In this document: positions 45,249-49,479 of the stretch, in pieces | Layout of the letters: each line of letters begins with the position of its first letter | Position numbering within the stretch: the first letter of the stretch is position 1 | Source: Candidatus Methanophaga sp. AG-394-G06 | GTDB lineage: Archaea > Halobacteriota > Syntropharchaeia > Alkanophagales > Methanospirareceae | Direction of reading: 5' to 3' | DNA length: 49,479 nt | NCBI GenBank assembly: GCA_009903405.1 | Contig: PRCZ01000005.1 | Coordinates: 1 to 49,479 of the forward strand | Made by a program: the position numbers and the translations under genes | Notes under the pieces: model-generated | Seen by the model: the letters and a program-made list of their open reading frames with translations, nothing else | Database searches by the model: none | Told to the model about the DNA's origin: nothing

Positions 45249-46481
45249 ATGCTGAAAATGGACATACTAATCCTACCAAAGCTGCTTCCCAGAGCGGACA
45301 TCATTGGCGGACCTATCTTAATCTATCATCGAATTAAGAACCTGGCTTCGATGGGGCATAAGATAACCCTGATTGCGCCTGTGTATACGGATGAAGATCG
45401 AACGGATAAAAGTCTTGCACCCTTCTGTGAAATGATTATCAAGATCGATTCTGTCCGGGAGCGACCAGAAGAAGAAGTAGAGGCACTTTATAAACAATTA
45501 CATAGACCGAGGAACTTCTTAACCAGGGACGGTGGTTACAATGACGTGCTAGACGAGGCATTGAAATCAGCATTAATGGATAACCATTTTGATGCGGTTA
45601 TTGCTGAATATTCAATGATGGGGCAGTACATAGAGTCAAATCGTAGCCTCATCCCCGCAGATACCATGTCTGTGATTTCGGTACATGAATGCTATACAAA
45701 AGCGTTTGAACTAAGAGCCGAAAAAGGAGAGGCTATTAGTGCGGATACAATAAAGGAGCTATTTAATTACGAGTTTAAGATGTATGACGTTGCTGATAGG
45801 ATTTTATCATTAACCCAGGAAGATGCCGATATTATGATAGGCTATGCGCCAGAACTGAAGGACAAAATCAGGGTAGTGCCTCACGGAGTGGACACAGGAT
45901 TTTACACGCCGCCTGAGAAGAGCTCAGGGGCAAGAAACACAAAAAATATACTCTATCTTGGCAATTTCATGCATAATCCTAATGTAGACGCGGTAAATAA
46001 TTTCATCAACCACTGCTGGACGAGAATCCTGCGGGAAGTTCCGGATGCTAAGTTTTACGCAATTGGAGGTAGTCCACCACAGGAACTCCTGGATTTGAGA
46101 TGTGAGAATATAATTGTCCGGGAAGGCGGGACTAACGATAATGTGCGGCGGACTTACTGGGATAGTGATGTGTTAGTGGCGCCGATTGAGTTGGGTACAG
46201 GTTTCAGAGGAAAACTCTTAGAAGCGATGGCTTGCGGGCTGCCAGTAGTTGCCACTCGACTGGCTACTTTTGGTATAAGTCCCGTAGAAGGGGAAGAGAT
46301 GTTCGTAGCAGATGATTATGACGCTTTTTCCAGATATGTGATTATGCTTTTAAATGATGTCGAGCTGAGGAAGAAGATTAGTAGGAATGCATTAGCATTA
46401 GCAATGAAATTTGATCATAGGTATGCAGCCGAGAAATTAGAGCGGGTGCTTAAGGAAGGACCGCGGTGGGTAAGAACCTGA
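45249..46481 (+). CDS. Glycosyltransferase family 4
   Basis: VPHGVD, G.F.H.PN.DA, G.RGKLLEAMACGLPVVAT. Confidence 0.9.
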   Translation: MLKMDILILPKLLPRADIIGGPILIYHRIKNLASMGHKITLIAPVYTDEDRTDKSLAPFCEMIIKIDSVRERPEEEVEALYKQLHRPRNFLTRDGGYNDVLDEALKSALMDNHFDAVIAEYSMMGQYIESNRSLIPADTMSVISVHECYTKAFELRAEKGEAISADTIKELFNYEFKMYDVADRILSLTQEDADIMIGYAPELKDKIRVVPHGVDTGFYTPPEKSSGARNTKNILYLGNFMHNPNVDAVNNFINHCWTRILREVPDAKFYAIGGSPPQELLDLRCENIIVREGGTNDNVRRTYWDSDVLVAPIELGTGFRGKLLEAMACGLPVVATRLATFGISPVEGEEMFVADDYDAFSRYVIMLLNDVELRKKISRNALALAMKFDHRYAAEKLERVLKEGPRWVRT

Positions 46482-47721
46482 CACGTCCATGACTTGAGAC
46501 CACGCATTTAGCCACCAGTTTCCACATAAAAGCACTTTCAGCCTCTTCAACTACCCAAAAATCATAATTACCCTGTTTCATGTCTCCCGCCTTATTGAGT
46601 ACTGACCCATCTTCAGAGTCATAGTAATATCCGGCTGCATCCACCACCGCCTCTTTCAAAGCCTTAATGTCGTCCGTTTCTCCTGTGGCCTGATATGCAC
46701 GGGTAATCACCAAAAGAGCATCATATGCTGCGAGCGCGTAAGTTTCAGGAGTTCTTCCTAGCTTCTCCTTGATCTTCCTCATAGCTGGCCCAGTCTCATC
46801 TGTTTGTTTACATTCGAAAAGAGGACATTCAAATCCTGTTCTTACTGCAAACCGGGCTGCCTGATCATTCTGCACCAGTTCTTTGTTAAGAGCCGTAGCG
46901 TCACAGCCATACCAACTCACATCAGAGAGATTGGACTGGTTCTGTGCTTCTATAAATATGGGTACCACCTCATCAAAAGCAATAAGGTGTACTGCTACTA
47001 CATCACCATACTGAGCTATTGCTTCTGCTACTTTTGAGTTCAAAGAATATATCGCGGTCGAGAAATTTACGGTACTGACGTTATACCTCACGCCATCAAC
47101 CACTGTGCCGCCGAGTGCCTTGAAGCTTTCGTTCGTGGCATTTGTTAGGTCATCGCCCCATACATCGCCTCGCCACATAGGTACAAGAACACTCACCCCT
47201 TCGTCCCACATGCGATTCGCAATAGCTGCTGCTTGATAGGTATCATCAGTGCAAAACCTGAATACGTTATCGCCGGGAATGGCCAAGGATGGTGCCGTGC
47301 TTGCGTGGCTGATCAGCAGAATGTCGTTTTCATCTGCGTATGATTTAACTGCTTTGACCTCGGCACTGGCACCGGGGCCAATGACTATTTTTACACCCTC
47401 TTTGGATAAGTTCTGCAGCTTTTCAAGTGCAACTGCCGGATCTGTCTTCGTATCTTCTATGATGAGTCGCATACGCATCTCAGAACCGATGCTGGCAAGA
47501 TACTCATTCGTATCTTCAACTGCGATCTCCAGCGCGGCTTTACTTGCTTCACCCAAAGAAGACCTGTCGCCGGTAAGAGCTAATAGGGCGCCGATAACGA
47601 TCTCGGATTGCGTATCTGATAACTGTGTCGTTTTATCTAAAGCAAGAGACCCACTAGTTGAAAAGCCTAGCACGAGTAGTAGAAGGACTATTACAGCGGT
47701 TATTCTTACTACCCCTGTCAT
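46450..47721 (-). CDS. LivJ-like (type I periplasmic) substrate-binding protein, orphan
   Basis: Signal anchor, IGALLALTG, EDTKTDP, IGP..S, STAPSL, AYDAL. Confidence 0.85.
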   Translation of the reverse strand: MTGVVRITAVIVLLLLVLGFSTSGSLALDKTTQLSDTQSEIVIGALLALTGDRSSLGEASKAALEIAVEDTNEYLASIGSEMRMRLIIEDTKTDPAVALEKLQNLSKEGVKIVIGPGASAEVKAVKSYADENDILLISHASTAPSLAIPGDNVFRFCTDDTYQAAAIANRMWDEGVSVLVPMWRGDVWGDDLTNATNESFKALGGTVVDGVRYNVSTVNFSTAIYSLNSKVAEAIAQYGDVVAVHLIAFDEVVPIFIEAQNQSNLSDVSWYGCDATALNKELVQNDQAARFAVRTGFECPLFECKQTDETGPAMRKIKEKLGRTPETYALAAYDALLVITRAYQATGETDDIKALKEAVVDAAGYYYDSEDGSVLNKAGDMKQGNYDFWVVEEAESAFMWKLVAKCVVSSHGRVRFLPTAVLP

Positions 47722-47799
47722 AATTCTATATACATGCAACATAGTATAAAAGCTTTTCGATTTTTTCTCGCGAGCCGATATGAAAAGTGAAACAAAGGT

Positions 47800-49317
47800 T
47801 TAGAGGAACCGGAACACCTCCGGCAGTTCACCAACTGCAGTTCTGAACTTTTCGGGCCATTTATCCGTGTCAAAGCCCTTTTGTGCTAAAAATACCGCAG
47901 CCCAACGTTGTAATCCCACACCTGAGCAGCCGGACCATAGTTCTTCACCGCTTTGCAGCTTCACGTTAAACCCTTTAGGATATTTATCTCCATTCACACT
48001 AACATTCTGGAACTCCAGCAATTTACTGCTATAAGGTAAAACCGCCTCGTAATCTATGGTCCCTACTTCTTTTAATTCCGACAGACCCGCTTTACCCTCC
48101 TGCGCCATGAACCAGGGCGTCACCCATGCCTCGCGCCACTCAATGTCCAGTATCTCATTGAATATATAGCGATACTTATCTTGCAACTGCTTCGAGTGCT
48201 CAATCACCTGTTCCTTCGTACCCATCCACAGGATCTCAACACGATGGAACTCGTCAAGCCGCTCTATGCCGTGAATACCGCCACTTTCATATCGGTGTGA
48301 AGTGCCGGAGTGATCAAAGATCTTTATCGGTAGTATATCGTCTGGCATGGTCTTACCCTGCAGGAACACCCATGAGGGTGGGCACTGTGCATAACACATA
48401 CCGCCTACATTCTCTATCCGCTCCATAATCATGTCCAACGGTACCTCATTCGTGACTTTATAATAATCAATTACATCTTCCCAGTATTCCGGGTCGCGTG
48501 TCTTCGGTGTGCATACATAATACGCCTCCGGGTAAATCCCTTTTGCATGTCCCGACCTCTTCCACACGTCCCAGGTAACGAACTTAGGAAATATCATCTC
48601 TTCATAGCCCAAAGGCGTGAATATCTCGTCAAACAATATGCGTTCGAAGGCTCTGAATATCTTCGTTGGCTGCGGCCCGTATATAAACTGCCCCCGTCCC
48701 GCAGCATGTCTTATCCAACCTCGCTTTGCCATCTCTTCCGTTGGGTCTTTATCAAAATGAAATGGCTTTTTGTCACTCTCAAACAGAAGTTCCCAGTGCT
48801 CGCTTTTACCTTTCCATTTTATAGCTTCCTTCTTATCCTCCAGTAATTTCAGTATCCTATCAGGAATCCTCTTTTCTAACAAGAACTCGTCAATATCCAG
48901 AAAAAGCTTTAACTTATCCGCCTCTTGCTTTATCGCTTTTACAAACGGCAATTTCTTTAGCTTCAATTCCGTGTCCCAGTCCATTGTTATCTCATAATCC
49001 TCTATCTCCATACCCCGTATCCCAATACGATGCTTACCTAAGAATTTACCGAATTCGTTCTTCAATCGTAGAAGCGCATCATGCGCCCGCACAAACCGAT
49101 CGGAAACAATCTTCAGCTCCAGTTTATCCGCTGCAATAGCCCACGATACAACTTCAGCACCGCAACCAGGCGGAGCACCTTTCTTTAATAATTCCGCGTT
49201 ACAATAATTCACAAATTCCGTTAGCTCATCGGAACTTACCGCTTCACTCAGGCTCCCACTGCATTTGAGGTTTGCTTTTAGCATGAATTCCATATCAGTT
49301 GCTTTTTCACGTTCCAT
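47800..49317 (-). CDS. serS: Methanogen-type (type 2) seryl-tRNA synthetase
   Basis: YAQCPP, HRYESGGIHGIERLDEFHRVE, LEFQN, WSGCSGVG zinc-ligand motifs. Confidence 0.95.
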   Translation of the reverse strand: MEREKATDMEFMLKANLKCSGSLSEAVSSDELTEFVNYCNAELLKKGAPPGCGAEVVSWAIAADKLELKIVSDRFVRAHDALLRLKNEFGKFLGKHRIGIRGMEIEDYEITMDWDTELKLKKLPFVKAIKQEADKLKLFLDIDEFLLEKRIPDRILKLLEDKKEAIKWKGKSEHWELLFESDKKPFHFDKDPTEEMAKRGWIRHAAGRGQFIYGPQPTKIFRAFERILFDEIFTPLGYEEMIFPKFVTWDVWKRSGHAKGIYPEAYYVCTPKTRDPEYWEDVIDYYKVTNEVPLDMIMERIENVGGMCYAQCPPSWVFLQGKTMPDDILPIKIFDHSGTSHRYESGGIHGIERLDEFHRVEILWMGTKEQVIEHSKQLQDKYRYIFNEILDIEWREAWVTPWFMAQEGKAGLSELKEVGTIDYEAVLPYSSKLLEFQNVSVNGDKYPKGFNVKLQSGEELWSGCSGVGLQRWAAVFLAQKGFDTDKWPEKFRTAVGELPEVFRFL

Positions 49318-49319
49318 CC

Positions 49320-49479
49320 TTAATTCCCCACCCCTACTTCATTTTGCACCAGCTCGATCATATCTCGTGCCACATTTGCGTTCATCAGATAATCATCCAC
49401 GCTTGCTATTAGCGACCCTATTTTAGAAGCTTCGAAATGTGTTTCGACACTCGTTTTCATAATAACCGTTTCCATATTC
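49320..49479 (-). CDS. pcc1: KEOPS subunit Pcc1, 3' part (runs off the window)
   Basis: ...KIGSLIASVDDYLMNANVA... typical Pcc1 C-terminal helix. Confidence 0.7.
   Translation of the reverse strand, partial: NMETVIMKTSVETHFEASKIGSLIASVDDYLMNANVARDMIELVQNEVGVGN

Noticed and set aside
46450-46481. 32-bp convergent overlap of the GT4 and substrate-binding protein genes
   Set aside because: Short tail-to-tail overlaps are common in compact archaeal genomes.

Overview
Archaeal chromosomal window from a methanogen-related euryarchaeote. Methanogen-type SerRS, CdhA/CdhB, an FrhB-family protein, DUF39-CBS sulfurtransferase and archaeal r-proteins/RNAP subunits support this; ANME-1/Methanophagales-like is my inference. 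It is mostly housekeeping and central metabolism: trpD-trpC, ndk, a 2-oxoacid:ferredoxin oxidoreductase + acyl-CoA synthetase alpha operon, cdc48-rps4e-rpl5, coaBC, pyrI, two tRNAs, tldD, rpoE1-spt4-rps24e-rps27ae, ppsA, nmd3, lhr, cdhA-cdhB-frhB-like, serS2 and pcc1. Gene debris and an ISAzo13 remnant are interspersed. Highlights: (1) About ten intergenic hairpin elements have arms built of 9-10-bp tandem units around unique spacers. One retains the decayed N-terminus of what looks like a GxxExxY (PD-(D/E)xK) nuclease gene, with its ATG inside the arm, suggesting a non-autonomous mobile-element system. (2) A cdhA-cdhB-FrhB/FpoF-like operon is a candidate F420-reducing CO dehydrogenase. (3) The essential rpl5 gene is broken by a +1 shift in an A8 run. 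(4) Two tRNA genes are butted against downstream protein genes. (5) An MSMEG_0568-type radical SAM gene is coupled to the homocysteine-forming sulfurtransferase. No rRNA or CRISPR array was seen. All family calls come from motif recognition by eye; no searches were run.
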